64,000 nucleotides of DNA, from positions 265,408 through 329,407 of the forward strand of contig VRVR01000024.1 in the NCBI GenBank assembly GCA_009859145.1. Direction: 5' to 3'. The translations under genes and the position numbers were made by a program. This document shows positions 18,333 through 29,728 of this stretch, piece by piece (position 1 is the stretch's first letter; the number at the start of each line of letters is the position of its first letter). This DNA comes from Andalucia godoyi And28 (Eukaryota > Protista > Jakobida). The notes below the pieces were generated by a model, which saw nothing but the letters and a program-made list of their open reading frames with translations, had not been told where the DNA came from and ran no database searches.

Positions 18333-19388
18333 ATGTCATTTACGAGTTCTACGAGCCCTGGAAAGATGCATACGGCTCGACGTGTGTTTCCGCAAGCTGG
18401 TGCGTCGCATCTGACTGCGGCAATGTCGGTTCGTCCCGAGGTTCCAGAGCCCGCAGATCATCCAGCGTCTGCGTCGCGGCGTCGAGCAGTCCCTTCTCCC
18501 GAGCGATCCGGCGCATCCTCGCTCGCAGAGATTCTTTCGCAGCAACCAAACTTGAATATTCGACAGTTCCGACACTCACTTTCCGTTGCAGACTCGGATC
18601 GAGATGGGTCGCTTTCACGGACGGATTTCCACAGAGTCCTTCTGGACCTTGGCATCGACTGCTTTGCAAGAGAATCGCTTGCTGCCTCTACTCCCGAGCT
18701 TATTGCAATTGCGCCATTGCTTGAACGAATCGAGGGCATTCGATCCGTGTGCTTCAACAACACCTCGCCCTCTTCTGGAAATCCAGACTTTGCAATGCAG
18801 TCGACATTCAGCAGTATTGATAACATTGGAAATCATGGACGACCGACTTCACCGCAGCGCCTCCTTGCATCCTCTTCCTCTTCCTCATCTTCTTCTGCTG
18901 CTGCTGTTACTCCTCTTTCATCGGCCTCACCAAAATCGATGTCGTCGGCAGCATTGTCACCTTCGGCAAATGCATCATCCCCCACGAACGGGGACTATCC
19001 GCTGCACACGCGTCCTGGTTCACCAACGCGGGCCTTGGCAATGTCGAACAATGCGAAGGCTGTGCTGAATTACCATGCACCGGATGGACAATCCGAACCA
19101 ATTTCAACGATCACGTCGAAGCGAAACTCTGCGGATGTGCCGTGGTCTCACAAGTTCGCCACAGCACAGAGAATCATGATTGAGCAGGGATCTCTTGGGT
19201 CTCGATCTCTTCACAACAATGCAACTCTTTCTGCCGCTTCTCCTATTGCACACGACACGATCCCCAATGCAGCATCAATCCCCGTTAGAAACCAACAGGG
19301 CAACGCCTCCTCAGTACCACTGCCAGGTCCGTCGCAAGCCAGACCAGCACCAGCAATCCGGCATACAGCCAGGAACACAATTTGGTGA
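18333..19388 (+). CDS. Ser/Pro-rich protein with an EF-hand motif
   Basis: FRHSLSVADSDRDGSLSRTDFHRVL is an EF-hand loop; the rest is low complexity. The start may be 18333 or 18366. Confidence 0.65.
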   Translation: MSFTSSTSPGKMHTARRVFPQAGASHLTAAMSVRPEVPEPADHPASASRRRAVPSPERSGASSLAEILSQQPNLNIRQFRHSLSVADSDRDGSLSRTDFHRVLLDLGIDCFARESLAASTPELIAIAPLLERIEGIRSVCFNNTSPSSGNPDFAMQSTFSSIDNIGNHGRPTSPQRLLASSSSSSSSSAAAVTPLSSASPKSMSSAALSPSANASSPTNGDYPLHTRPGSPTRALAMSNNAKAVLNYHAPDGQSEPISTITSKRNSADVPWSHKFATAQRIMIEQGSLGSRSLHNNATLSAASPIAHDTIPNAASIPVRNQQGNASSVPLPGPSQARPAPAIRHTARNTIW

Positions 19389-19436
19389 CCGGTGGTTCCG
19401 CCGTAATTGCAGTATAGCATTTCCCACTTGTTGTAT

Positions 19437-19484
19437 TGTGTGTGTGTGTGTGTGTGTGAGTGTGTGTGTGTGTATGTGTGTGTG
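19437..19484. repeat. (TG)n microsatellite
   Basis: Imperfect TG run of about 48 nt. Confidence 0.9.
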
Positions 19485-19950
19485 CGCTGCCGAAATAGTG
19501 TTTTCCCGTAAGTATTGTGTTCTTTGCTGTCCTGTGCATTCTTCCTCCATTGCCTGTTTTTATGTCCATCTGTCTCTCTTTCTGTGTGATGTCTTTGTGT
19601 GTGCATGCGTGTCTTTTTTATAATTTTTTTTTTTTTGTCTTTGTTCGTCTCTTAATTGAATTGACTGTTTTTTTCTCTCTCATTTTTGTTTTTGCTGTTG
19701 GTTTTTTTGGGCATTTTTGTTTCTTACACCCATCTCACCTTGCTGCCTACTCTGCAGTACAGATTACAGAGCCCTCAAAAAAAAATCCAAGGGATGGTGA
19801 AGATGCGATGCAAGATTTGAGGAAAATGGTGCACATAAATGATGACTGGAAAAATGACTATACTTTCTTGAGGAAAGGCCGTTCAAAAGTCAGCAGGACT
19901 GCTCAAACGAAACTGAAGCACAAAAAGCACGAGACAGTGACCGAGTTCTC

Positions 19951-22146
19951 TTACTCACTGAAGCGCTCCGTCATGGCGAGGATTGTGTCAAGACGAGCAG
20001 CTTGCGCCTCTTGCATTGTCTTGCCCTGGTCCGGTGAAGGTACTGCCTTACGAAGATTGGGCGAAAGCTTGAATGAGTACACGGTGCCCTTGTCATCTCC
20101 AACAAGAATGACGGGATGCGTGGGATTGAACGACACATGGGTCAGTTTCGACTTCTTGACGATTTGCTGTTCACACATTGGCTCATGTTTGTTTTGTGCA
20201 AGATCAAAGACGAATACTTTCCCGTCATCAGTGACGGCGGCGAAGACAGTCGATGAGTACGGCGACCAGGCAACGTCCCCAACAGCGTTTCCAAGATCAA
20301 ACGACATGATAGGAGTCCTGCAATTGTGATCCCACAGTTTGACGCTCCAGTCGGCGGAACAAGACAGGAATACTCCAGGATGGCATGGATTCCATCGCAC
20401 GGCATAAACTGCCATGTGGTGGCCTTCGTACGTTTCGAGGTACTGCGAGTTGTATGCTTTCGAGCATTTGTGAATACGTCCTTCTTCTGTTCCGACGAGG
20501 AACAGATGCGAGGATATCTTGTTAAAGTCAAAGCACGACCCTCCAGCAAGACCCGCAAGAGATGCATCTCCGTTTTCTGCACTCGAGCTAGCAGCGCCGC
20601 TGGAATTCACATTTGCAGAGGCTCCGGCATTGCTGCTGGGAGCTGCTCCAGCATTCGAACCCGCACCGCTGCTGAGCAACTTCAGTTCCATAACATTCGA
20701 ATACTGAAGCTCGTTCTTCGAGAGCGTCCAGTTCGTCACACGTCCATCCGACGAAACGGAGAAGAAATTGAGGTTCTTTGCAAAGTCCTCGCCCTGCCAA
20801 TGCACCTGCCAAACGGGGTCCGTGTGTTTGCCAGATTTGATGGTTGAAGCAAAGATTGGTCGGTTCGTCTTTGCACGCACATCAAAGATGAGAACTGTCC
20901 CATCGTAGCAGCCAACTGCCAGCAGCGACGAGTGCTGAGGATGGAAGTCCAGCGACATGATTCCAGATTCCGTGGTAAACGTGTATTCCGGATTGGAAGG
21001 ATTCTTGAGCGAATAGCAGCACACTACGCCTTGAGTCGACTGTTTGGAGAAGTCATAGGAACCATGGCCCACTGCAAACATGTCCACAAACTCCGGGTTC
21101 CACGTGAGCGCAGTAACGCACTTCTTGCGGCCTCGCTCCGACTTGAAGTGCCAAAGAGGCAGAAGCGTTCCCTCTTCTCGGAACCTGTCGGAATCGTCTT
21201 CCCAGTACGCGAAGTCAAGCGAAACATCATCGAAGGTGTTTTGATTCACCATTCGCTCTGCAAAACGCAGAACGCGAGCCATTGCAGAGGAATGCACGAC
21301 GTCCTCCGGTCTGCTCGAGCCCGAAGTGCCCGAGACACCTGAGCCAGCATCTCCCGCGTCTCCGCCCTTTCCTTTTCCCTTTTCTGCACCGCTGAACTTG
21401 CTTCCCTTCGCGGCGGCCGCGGACTTCTCCTTCTGCCGTTGCTGTTCTTCCAAATCGCGCATGAATGCATCAAAGATGATTGAAGCCGACGCGGTATCCG
21501 CAAGCGTCGCAACTGCTGGCGGCTCCGTCTCGACGGCTCTGTCTCTCTTTGGATTATTGAACGTCTGCGATGCGCGATCCGAAAAATTGAACTGGTTTCG
21601 CAAGCCCTTTGTGCCTCCAGGTTGTCCGCCTTCCTCTCCGGACACGCTATCGCCAGAAGGACCGCCATCTGCATCCATATCCGCAGACGCTGAAATTCCA
21701 TGCGACGCCATTACGGAATGCTGCTCTGCTGCAGCAGCTTGCTGACGAAGCAGCGCGTCTCGGATGGCGAGCTGCTCTCTGCCTTCCGCTGAGTTTTTGT
21801 GGACGAGCAGCGGATCGAGAATGACATGGAACTCTGTTTGCTCTACGCTGGCCTCCATCTTGTATTGGCGCTCCTTATGGGAAAAGCGAACAATGTTTCG
21901 AGGCGCATTTGGATTCTCGGCGCGCAAGATCTTTGTGATTTCCTTTCCCAGCTCATTCTCTTCAAGCTTGAGCTGTGTAGAGGGCACTATCCGCACTCGC
22001 TCGGGTTCAAGATCAGACTTTGACGAAGCTGATTTCTGAGGAGTCGCACTCTCCACGAGACTCTGCTTCCGAACAGCAGGCGATGCATGAGAACCCGGCT
22101 TCTTCAGGGACGATGGCGGCACCGGAACCTGTTTCGAAGGTGGCAT
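19951..22146 (-). CDS. DNAI1: Outer-arm dynein intermediate chain (DNAI1/IC78-like), WD40
   Basis: LRNQFNFSDRASQTFNNP, ERMVNQN, EGTLLPLWHF, KHTDPVWQV, FLVGTEEGRIHKCSKAYNSQYLETY and SCSADWSVKLWD. ATG at 22146. Confidence 0.92.
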   Translation of the reverse strand: MPPSKQVPVPPSSLKKPGSHASPAVRKQSLVESATPQKSASSKSDLEPERVRIVPSTQLKLEENELGKEITKILRAENPNAPRNIVRFSHKERQYKMEASVEQTEFHVILDPLLVHKNSAEGREQLAIRDALLRQQAAAAEQHSVMASHGISASADMDADGGPSGDSVSGEEGGQPGGTKGLRNQFNFSDRASQTFNNPKRDRAVETEPPAVATLADTASASIIFDAFMRDLEEQQRQKEKSAAAAKGSKFSGAEKGKGKGGDAGDAGSGVSGTSGSSRPEDVVHSSAMARVLRFAERMVNQNTFDDVSLDFAYWEDDSDRFREEGTLLPLWHFKSERGRKKCVTALTWNPEFVDMFAVGHGSYDFSKQSTQGVVCCYSLKNPSNPEYTFTTESGIMSLDFHPQHSSLLAVGCYDGTVLIFDVRAKTNRPIFASTIKSGKHTDPVWQVHWQGEDFAKNLNFFSVSSDGRVTNWTLSKNELQYSNVMELKLLSSGAGSNAGAAPSSNAGASANVNSSGAASSSAENGDASLAGLAGGSCFDFNKISSHLFLVGTEEGRIHKCSKAYNSQYLETYEGHHMAVYAVRWNPCHPGVFLSCSADWSVKLWDHNCRTPIMSFDLGNAVGDVAWSPYSSTVFAAVTDDGKVFVFDLAQNKHEPMCEQQIVKKSKLTHVSFNPTHPVILVGDDKGTVYSFKLSPNLRKAVPSPDQGKTMQEAQAARLDTILAMTERFSE

Positions 22147-22585
22147 TTTTTTCCCCTTCTCTCCCCCCAATAAAAAGAAAGAAAAACAACAATATCCAAA
22201 CCAATAATATAAAAAAACAAGAAGAAAAAGAAATCAAAGAAGTGGGAAAAACATATAATCAACAAGAAGGATCATTATAAAAAGGGGGAAAAGAAAAATG
22301 AAAGGACTCTGAGACGGGTTAGAGAAGAGGCCTTTTTGGACTTTGGCGGTTGTTGCCTTGCAGCACCTGGTTAGACTGACACTGGCTTTTTTTGTTTTCT
22401 CTGACACCCAGAACTCATGCAAACTCAAATGCAGATCCTAAAACCCCCCTTTTTTTTCTTTCTTGCCAAAGGTGCTTTTTTGCTTTAGAGAATCAATATC
22501 GGAAAACAAAACGAAGTCTCCACGAAATTTCATCCATTCGTCCATTCGTCCATTTCATGAACGCCACACTGCAGGGGCACTGACC

Positions 22586-25500
22586 ATGAGTAACAGTAAC
22601 AGTAATAGCAGTAGTGGTGGTGGTAGTAGTATTATTCCAGCAGTGAGGCTGAACTCGAGTCTGCCGTCATTCCGCATCGCCTCGCAAACTGTGTCCTTGG
22701 ATGCTGTGGTTCCGAGCGCTGAGAAGGACGCCATTTCGGTGGATGGCATTATGAACGAGCTGCACAGGACCGCGAGTTTGGTGCCAACCGCAGATATCCG
22801 GATTGCTCTCATGTCGTTTTGCGCCGCCAGGTATCAAATGGTGATCGACGTTGATGGGGTTGTCCGTTTCTTCCATTCTTCCCACGGCCGGCCCTCTCCG
22901 CATACCGCACACACACATCACGATGAGCTGGGCATACCCGGAAGTTCGTCACAGCGAACCCATTTTTCGCTGCCGAGCATTTCTCCTGCGCATTACCTCG
23001 CGGATGCCGGTGTTGAGACTGGTGTGGAAGCTGCTACAAGGTGTGATTCGCTGTTTTCCAGCGCAGTATCGTACGAGTTCCAGCCAAGGCCATCGCGCAG
23101 GGATCAAACGAGAGCAATGCGCATCGAGGGCGCGCCGTGCGATCCATGGATATCCGTGTTTGTGAAGGATCATGTCGTTGCGTTCGTTGGAGACAACGAT
23201 GCATGGCATGTTGCAAGGATTCGTCTTGGTGCAAAATTCGATTATCGGGAGTTCCCATGGATGGGTATGAAGGGCAGATTCCGAAGTGCGGTTAGTTTCG
23301 GACGAAGTAGCCATGCAGTCTGTTCGTACGACTCGCCGGAAGGCTTTGGGTTCGTCCATGTGTGTACCAATCTCGAGAACCCTGTTTTGCGAAAATTTCA
23401 AACTCTTAGAATGGGACCGATTTTGTCGATGATCCCGCTTCTGCACCAAAGAAAACGTTTCGTTGTTGCTCTCCATCCGAGTGCAGTTGTATTGTACGGT
23501 CTTTCAAAGAAGAAGATTTCTCAAGTTGCGGATTGCCCGGTATCCTCTCGAGCGAAGGCTCTCATCAGTTTAGAGAATATTTTTGAAAACTCATTTGGTG
23601 TTTTGTCGGACGACGGGGCACTCTCCGTTGTTGATGTTCATTTTATGGAGAACCCCCTTATGCGTATTTCAGACCGCTCTCTGTTTCCAGAGGGCGATGT
23701 TTTTTTCCCTCGAGGCATTGCGGAGATCGTGCCCATTAATGATGCCTTCAAATTTGCTTGCCGTCCGCGGTTCTCTTCTGATATTTTGCTGTTCGACGGA
23801 AGCTGCGGCTTTATGGGAGTTATACAGCATTCGGTCAAGCTAAACTTTCCTGGCGAGTTCGATGGTTATTCTCTGCTTTCAGTCCGCGGCACACATATTT
23901 TTGTGTTGGATGCTGAAGGGAAATACGCAGAACTCTTTGATGCGGGTCTCTTTGATTCTCGTGCGAGCACACTCATTCCCAGCTGTCGGTTTGTTGTTGT
24001 TTCTCCAGCATGCATAATTCGCGCTCTGGGGTTGTCTGCCAGTGCGGACTTTGTATCCATTTCAATCACTGCCTCGATTGATGAAGAGTTGTTTTGCTCA
24101 TTTGTTGAACTCTGGAAACTCGACGGTTTCGTTCCCGCTTCTTCCTCGGTGCCTCTGGTGAGAGAAAATGCCGTTGCGCGGATGTTGTCCGATCCGAGAT
24201 CCATCAAAAGTCTGAATGGCGATGAAGAGAGGCTTGCAAGGAAAAGAAGGGTTTCCGCCGTTTCTGAGGCTATGGAGACGCATCCCTCAGCGAAAATTCC
24301 ACGTTCAGCGCAAGAAGACGCCCCTCGTGCTGAATTCTCGGAATTAGATGGTGATCACACGGGTTTCCGTTCTGCAACACGTCTTCCATCTCCGGAACGT
24401 CGCAGCTCTTCGGAAAGCGGCATGGAGACTGAGGATGCTGAAGTGCAGGGGATTGCCGATTATGATGATGTTGCTGTCGACGTTGATGTGATGAGTACTT
24501 TGCGGTCCTGCGGGTTGCAGCCAGCCCAACCCAGCCAAAGTCTGTATTCTGTGGAAGTTGGCGAGGCTTTGCGCTTTGTGCTTCAGGAAGGGAACGCCGC
24601 TGAATTAGTTCCGCGGCGCATTTTGGTTCCTTCCTGGACCGCTGCTGATGATATTCCGATCATCATCGTTTGTGCGGGATATTCAATTTTTTTTTGGCTC
24701 GTGCTCCTTTTCAGAGGATGGCGGTTTGCATTTTAGGCCCTTGGAACTGCTGGAGGACGTTCGATCAGATGGTGACTGGCTTACTGATTGTTTTCACAAA
24801 AGCGATGACGGTTCTCCGTGTTTTCTCTACGTTTCAGATGAGCGGGAACTTCGATATTTTCATCTGGCAACACGTAGTCGAGATTCCGTTTTCCGGCATG
24901 ATTCCTCCCGAACATCCCTCGCCTCTCATGTTGTCTCCATATCCGACCCCGCACCCATGATCTTTACTGCTTTTCAGTGTGTGGTGCGTTTGATGACCCT
25001 CTCAGGGGATCCCGGGGGCTTCCGCAATGAAGTGCAATTGCCCTATAGTGTGACTGCTCTTGCTGTTGTTCCTGGGGCGCAGTGTCTTCTTGCTGGGGAT
25101 GTCCGTGGCCAGATCACGTGCATTTCGTACGCTTCTGTCCTTAGTGGTGATGCAGCGTCTTGGACTTGCCCGGCTTCTCCAATTCCTGATCATCAATTGC
25201 ATGTGCTGGACCTTTCCACCACGCATGCGTTCGTAAATCGGCCTGTTGTGCAGATTGCTCAAGTACTGGTATCCCCGGGCTCGGAGTATTTTGTTGCACT
25301 GTATCGCGACGGATACGTCATCGGTCGCATCGGCTGCGATGGAATGCTTGACCTTCTTGGGTCTCGATCCACAAACGAACAAGTATTTTGCTGTTTTGCT
25401 GCCTGTTCGAACAACATTGTTCATCTGGTTGTTGTGCTGCCGAATTGGACGGTTCAGCTGTTCGCGCTGACAGACTTTTCCGACAGGTCCCTCCCGCTGG

Positions 25501-25691
25501 TGGAAATCTGCTTTTCAAATGTCGCCCTTCTTGACGAAAACGTATGTGCATGTACGGCCCTCCCAACCATGCCCTGCGTGGTCCTTTTAGCGACTTCCAA
25601 GAACCGGTGTATTCCTCTGTATTTCCGAGATTCTTCCACTGTCTCATTTCGGCAATTATCACCCTTTGCGTCTGCATCGTCTTCACCTTAA
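22586..25691 (+). CDS. Large beta-propeller-like protein split by a +1 frameshift in a T9 run (24687-24695)
   Basis: The overlapping 757-aa and 347-aa ORFs join as IIIVCAGYSIFFGSCSFSEDGG if one T is removed. Both parts are rich in beta-strand/WD-like segments (VTALAVVPGAQCLLAGDVRGQI). Confidence 0.6.
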
Positions 25692-26062
25692 TTTATATCT
25701 TTCATCTAAATTGTAAAATGTGATTTTCTTTCTTCCGATAATGTTCCATCGTGTGCGAAACAAATATCAATGTCTCTCTCTCTCTCCCTTCTGTACTCGC
25801 AGTGCTTCACGGTGAGCAGCATGTCCAGGCTTGTCAAAGAACACATTCTTGAAGACAAAACCAAAAAATAAATTATTATTATTATTGTTAATAATAATAA
25901 TAATAATAATTAATAATCAATAAAACAAAACAAAATATATTAAAAGACAAGAGGTCTTTGGATCTTTGGTGAACAACCACCGACAGATACGGGTGTCGCT
26001 GCGCTGTCGTGAATGGTGGCTCTGTGTGTGTACTAAGTTTACTCTTCTTCTGGAAAGCGCCC

Positions 26063-27163
26063 TTACACCTGCGGAAACAGCTTCAGATCCTCAAAGTACT
26101 TGATGCTTTCCACGAGCAAGTCCTTGGTGATTTTCGGGACCTCGTAGGAAAATCCTGTCGACTCGATTGCCGAACCGTCAACAGACAATGGATTATTGTA
26201 GAGCAGTTCCTTGTCAATGAACGGGGACAGCGGGGTGTTTGCGATCGCCTTTTCTTTGCACATGTCCGACCACGGCTGCATATGTGTGTCATTGGCATCC
26301 TCGACAATAGACTGGAAATTCAGTCTGGCGAGGTTTGATTTGATCGAACCTACAAAGCCTGTCTTGATCGCAAAGATTTCCTCGATCAGCTTAGCAAGGA
26401 TCTCCTGATCCGTGTCGCCCTTGTCGGCGAGGTTGTAGATTGCACCCTTCTTGGCATTCATCGCAACATGCCAGATTCCACGGGCCACATCCGCCACATG
26501 AACGGTGTTGACTCGCAGGTCCTTGGTCCACAAAAACTCCATCTTCTCGCCCATCTTCTTGTATGCAGCACCGCAAATGACTCGCGGCATGATTCCAAGA
26601 GTGTCTCCCGGTCCGTACACAACAGCCGGCCTCAGGATGACTACATCCAACGCAGTCTTTTCCAGCAAATATGTCTCACATTCGCGCTTCACACTCGCAA
26701 GCTTTGTCCACGGCTTGATCTTCCCGTCTTCCTTGGAGGCCTTCTTGTCTGCATCGTACACCTGTGCGGTCGACACCTCGACCCAGCGTTGGACATTGCG
26801 CTTTGCGGCTTCTGCAGAGCATTTTTGCACGATTCCGAGGACCTTTTCAGTGTACACGGCTTCATCAAGCCCGAACCGCGTCTCTGCAGCCAAGTTGATG
26901 ACAATCGTAAACGGCTCAGCATTTGCGGCTGGCGTGAATGCACGCGTCACATGGGCGTCCTTGGTGAGATCTGCCTGCTTATATTCCACCAGCGGATTCT
27001 CAAAGAGAGTCTCGAGGTCTTTCGACAGGTACGACATCACAGGCATCGATTTGTCTGCAACGCGAATCGCAGAACACAGATCGTTCTTCACAAGATACGA
27101 CACAAGGTGACGGCCAATAAAGCCACAACCACCAAGAATCAGAACACGAGGCTTACTAGTCAT
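26063..27163 (-). CDS. NAD-dependent epimerase/dehydratase (extended SDR)
   Basis: VLILGGCGFIGRHLV Rossmann motif, VINLAAET, VEVSTAQVY, ILRPAVVYGPGD, VHVADVARG. Confidence 0.9.
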   Translation of the reverse strand: MTSKPRVLILGGCGFIGRHLVSYLVKNDLCSAIRVADKSMPVMSYLSKDLETLFENPLVEYKQADLTKDAHVTRAFTPAANAEPFTIVINLAAETRFGLDEAVYTEKVLGIVQKCSAEAAKRNVQRWVEVSTAQVYDADKKASKEDGKIKPWTKLASVKRECETYLLEKTALDVVILRPAVVYGPGDTLGIMPRVICGAAYKKMGEKMEFLWTKDLRVNTVHVADVARGIWHVAMNAKKGAIYNLADKGDTDQEILAKLIEEIFAIKTGFVGSIKSNLARLNFQSIVEDANDTHMQPWSDMCKEKAIANTPLSPFIDKELLYNNPLSVDGSAIESTGFSYEVPKITKDLLVESIKYFEDLKLFPQV

Positions 27164-27652
27164 ATCTTATCTTATCTTATCCTTTTGTTTTTCTTCCCGT
27201 GTTTTTTTTTTTGTTTGTTTGTTTGTTGTTGTTGTTGCCGTTGTTCTTCTTTCGGAGGCCGGAAAACCTTGAAGAAGATGCACGCACGAAAACACACACG
27301 GAAGAAACAGGAAAGAAAGAAGAAGAAAATATGAAAAGTAAATATATGATAAAGGTGTCGAACAGCAGAAAGCCTGATGATGACGAATAGCGGCACTCGA
27401 GAGATGGTGAAGCCAACCTGCTGGAGGAGGCTGAGAGGGCGCTTTCCTTCCCCCCCGTGAGTTGAGGCTTGAGGCTCGGGAAAAACGAGGGAATGCGCTC
27501 TTTCTCTTTCTCTGCTGCTGCTGATGCTGGCCACAATGCAGTTCATTCTTTATTCCAGTTGGATTGCAAAGTTCCGTTCGTACATGCAGCTCAAACTCGT
27601 AAGAACACACATTAGAAGAAGGATATTGCATTATTATTACTATTATTATTGT

Positions 27653-27653
<1 letters not shown>

Positions 27654-27721
<68 letters not shown>
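27654..27721. repeat. (AG)34 microsatellite abutting the ATG of the next gene
   Basis: Perfect AG run; the next A is the A of ATG 27722. Confidence 0.95.
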
Positions 27722-27726
<5 letters not shown>

Positions 27727-28651
27727 TCCTTTGCGCGGACCCATTGCGGCACTAATGTATGGATCTACATCGGTTGCCATCGTGCTGTTCAACAAGGCTG
27801 TATTGTCAAGCTTTGACGGGTCATTTCCGTTTGCACTGCCCATGTGCCAGTCGCTTGCAGGAATGCTGGTGTTTTGGATCCTTGGCTCCATGAACGTGCT
27901 GCCGATGAGTCCAATGTCGTTTGTCCAGCTAAAGAGAATGCTTGTTGTGTCTGGGATCAACTCGCTCAATGTTGCGCTGTCGTTTGTGTGCTTGCAGTAC
28001 ACTACGGTGCCAACGTACGGGACGCTTCGCCGTCTGGCGATTATTTGCACTCTGATTGCGAATTATTTTGTGTTTCGAAAGAATCCGTCGAGAGAGACGA
28101 TTACTGCGGTCTTGGTCATGGGCACCGGTGGGATCCTGATGGGTCTCGGCGATGTCTCGTTCAGTATGATTGGCTATGTGTCCGGCATCGGATCTTCAGT
28201 GCTGCAGGCGCTGTTTCTCGTGCTCGGGAGAAAGGTTTTCGACGAAGAAAATCTCACAGCTATCGAGAGCTCCAGACTGCATTGCTGGGCTTCGTTTCCA
28301 TACAATGCACTGTTCTTTATGCTTACGGACGAACCGAAAAAATTCTTCATGCGAGAAATGTGGGCCGACCAAGGATTCCTGACGTGCTTTCTGATGTCCG
28401 TTTTGCTCGGAGTTGCTCTGATATTCACCACCCAGTATTGCATCATCGTCAACTCTCCGCTTGCGGTGACCACAGTCGGCCAAATGAAGGTCGTCCTGCA
28501 AGCTGTGATGGGCATCCTTCTGTTTGGAACACGGCATCCGCCTATGAATATGCTCGGCATCGTCGTCGGGTTTTTTGGATCTGCCTATTATACAAAGATC
28601 AAGTACGATGAGGCTGTCCGATCCGGCGGCCCAATCAAGGTCTCTGCTTGA
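27722..28651 (+). CDS. Nucleotide-sugar transporter (SLC35D/TPT-like, DMT superfamily)
   Basis: SVAIVLFNKAVLS, TVPTYGTLRRL, NSPLAVTTVGQMK, and about 10 hydrophobic helices. Confidence 0.88.
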
Positions 28652-29145
28652 CGACGCAATATTTCCGTCACCATCCATTTCCCAGGATGCATGTATGCAT
28701 GTGCTACTCCGCAACCCAAAATCTCGCCATCTTTCTGTCGCTCCCACAGCTGGCTTGTTCAGAATGTATTTTTTCCCAAACACACTTTCGATTCGGCAAC
28801 CGCACCAATCCAGTGAGCAGTTTACCACGGGGAGTTTGGCGAGTCTGCGCAGCAGCGATGAAAAATTTGACTCGTCATACTTGGAGTAGTGTTGGGCCTT
28901 TTATTTATTTATTACAGATGTCGTTGATACCGGCACGGACGTAAAAATGACGTAAAACTCACCCTGTTGCTGTCGACACAATAAAACTGACACAAATGGA
29001 TCGGTAATCATTGTCATTCGCGTCGCATTCTACCCGAAACGGGAGGACGATATTTTCAGCTGTTGAGTCAAAAAACTGAAAACAGATGGCCAGGTTGCGG
29101 AGAAGAAGCTCTCGCATCCTTTGTTTTCTTCTTCTTCTTTTTTCA

Positions 29146-29327
29146 CGCGATGCCAATGCACGTGACCCTCTGCCGCGCTACGCAAGACGTAGAACATTTC
29201 CGCGGAAACCGCTCTGACGCTGAGTCACGGCACGGGCGCGTCCGGCTCTTCCGCACCGGATCTCACTATCTCTTGGATGCAAGACTGATTGCGTATGGTT
29301 AGCAGTGTTCATGCAGTAATAGTAAGC
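29146..29327 (+). mobile_element. Possible degenerate relic of a related Fanzor right end
   Basis: Exact 14-mer GGATGCAAGACTGA (29275-29288) shared with the element at 9485-9498. It is followed by TGTTCA and TAATAGTAAGC (element: TGTTCA...TAATGTAGGC). Weak upstream RDANA reading at 29146. Confidence 0.35.
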
Positions 29328-29728
29328 AAAACAGTGTGAACTCCATTTCTACAGGCTTGAACGCCTCGTTCCAATGCTAATCAATGTTGATCAGTGCTGG
29401 CAACACTCACTTCACCTTCATGAGATTTATGCGTACAACTCCCTACAGGAGAAGCGTCGAGGAAGCTATCGCGCACTTCGCTTAAAAAAGCAAAAGCGCT
29501 CAATGTGACTGAATAGTGCTGGTTGCGACGACCCTTTGATGCAGAGCAATCTGCATTGACGAGTTGGTGCACGCCCCAAATAAAAGTAAAACATGTGGCA
29601 TGGAGCGACAGCTTAGCCAATGATCAATAATGATTCATGTTTTGGCGAACGGAAGATCAGATTTACTAACATAATCAATCGAACATCTTTTTCTTTTCTT
29701 TTCTTTTTTCTGGGAAATTGTTTTCGTC

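Noticed and set aside
19517-20329. 270-aa plus-strand ORF
   Set aside because: It is built from T-rich spacer sequence plus the antisense of DNAI1.
27370-27440. C/D-box snoRNA-like arrangement (TGATGA...CTGA)
   Set aside because: The boxes are short and common, the terminal stem is weak, and no rRNA-complementary guide was recognised.
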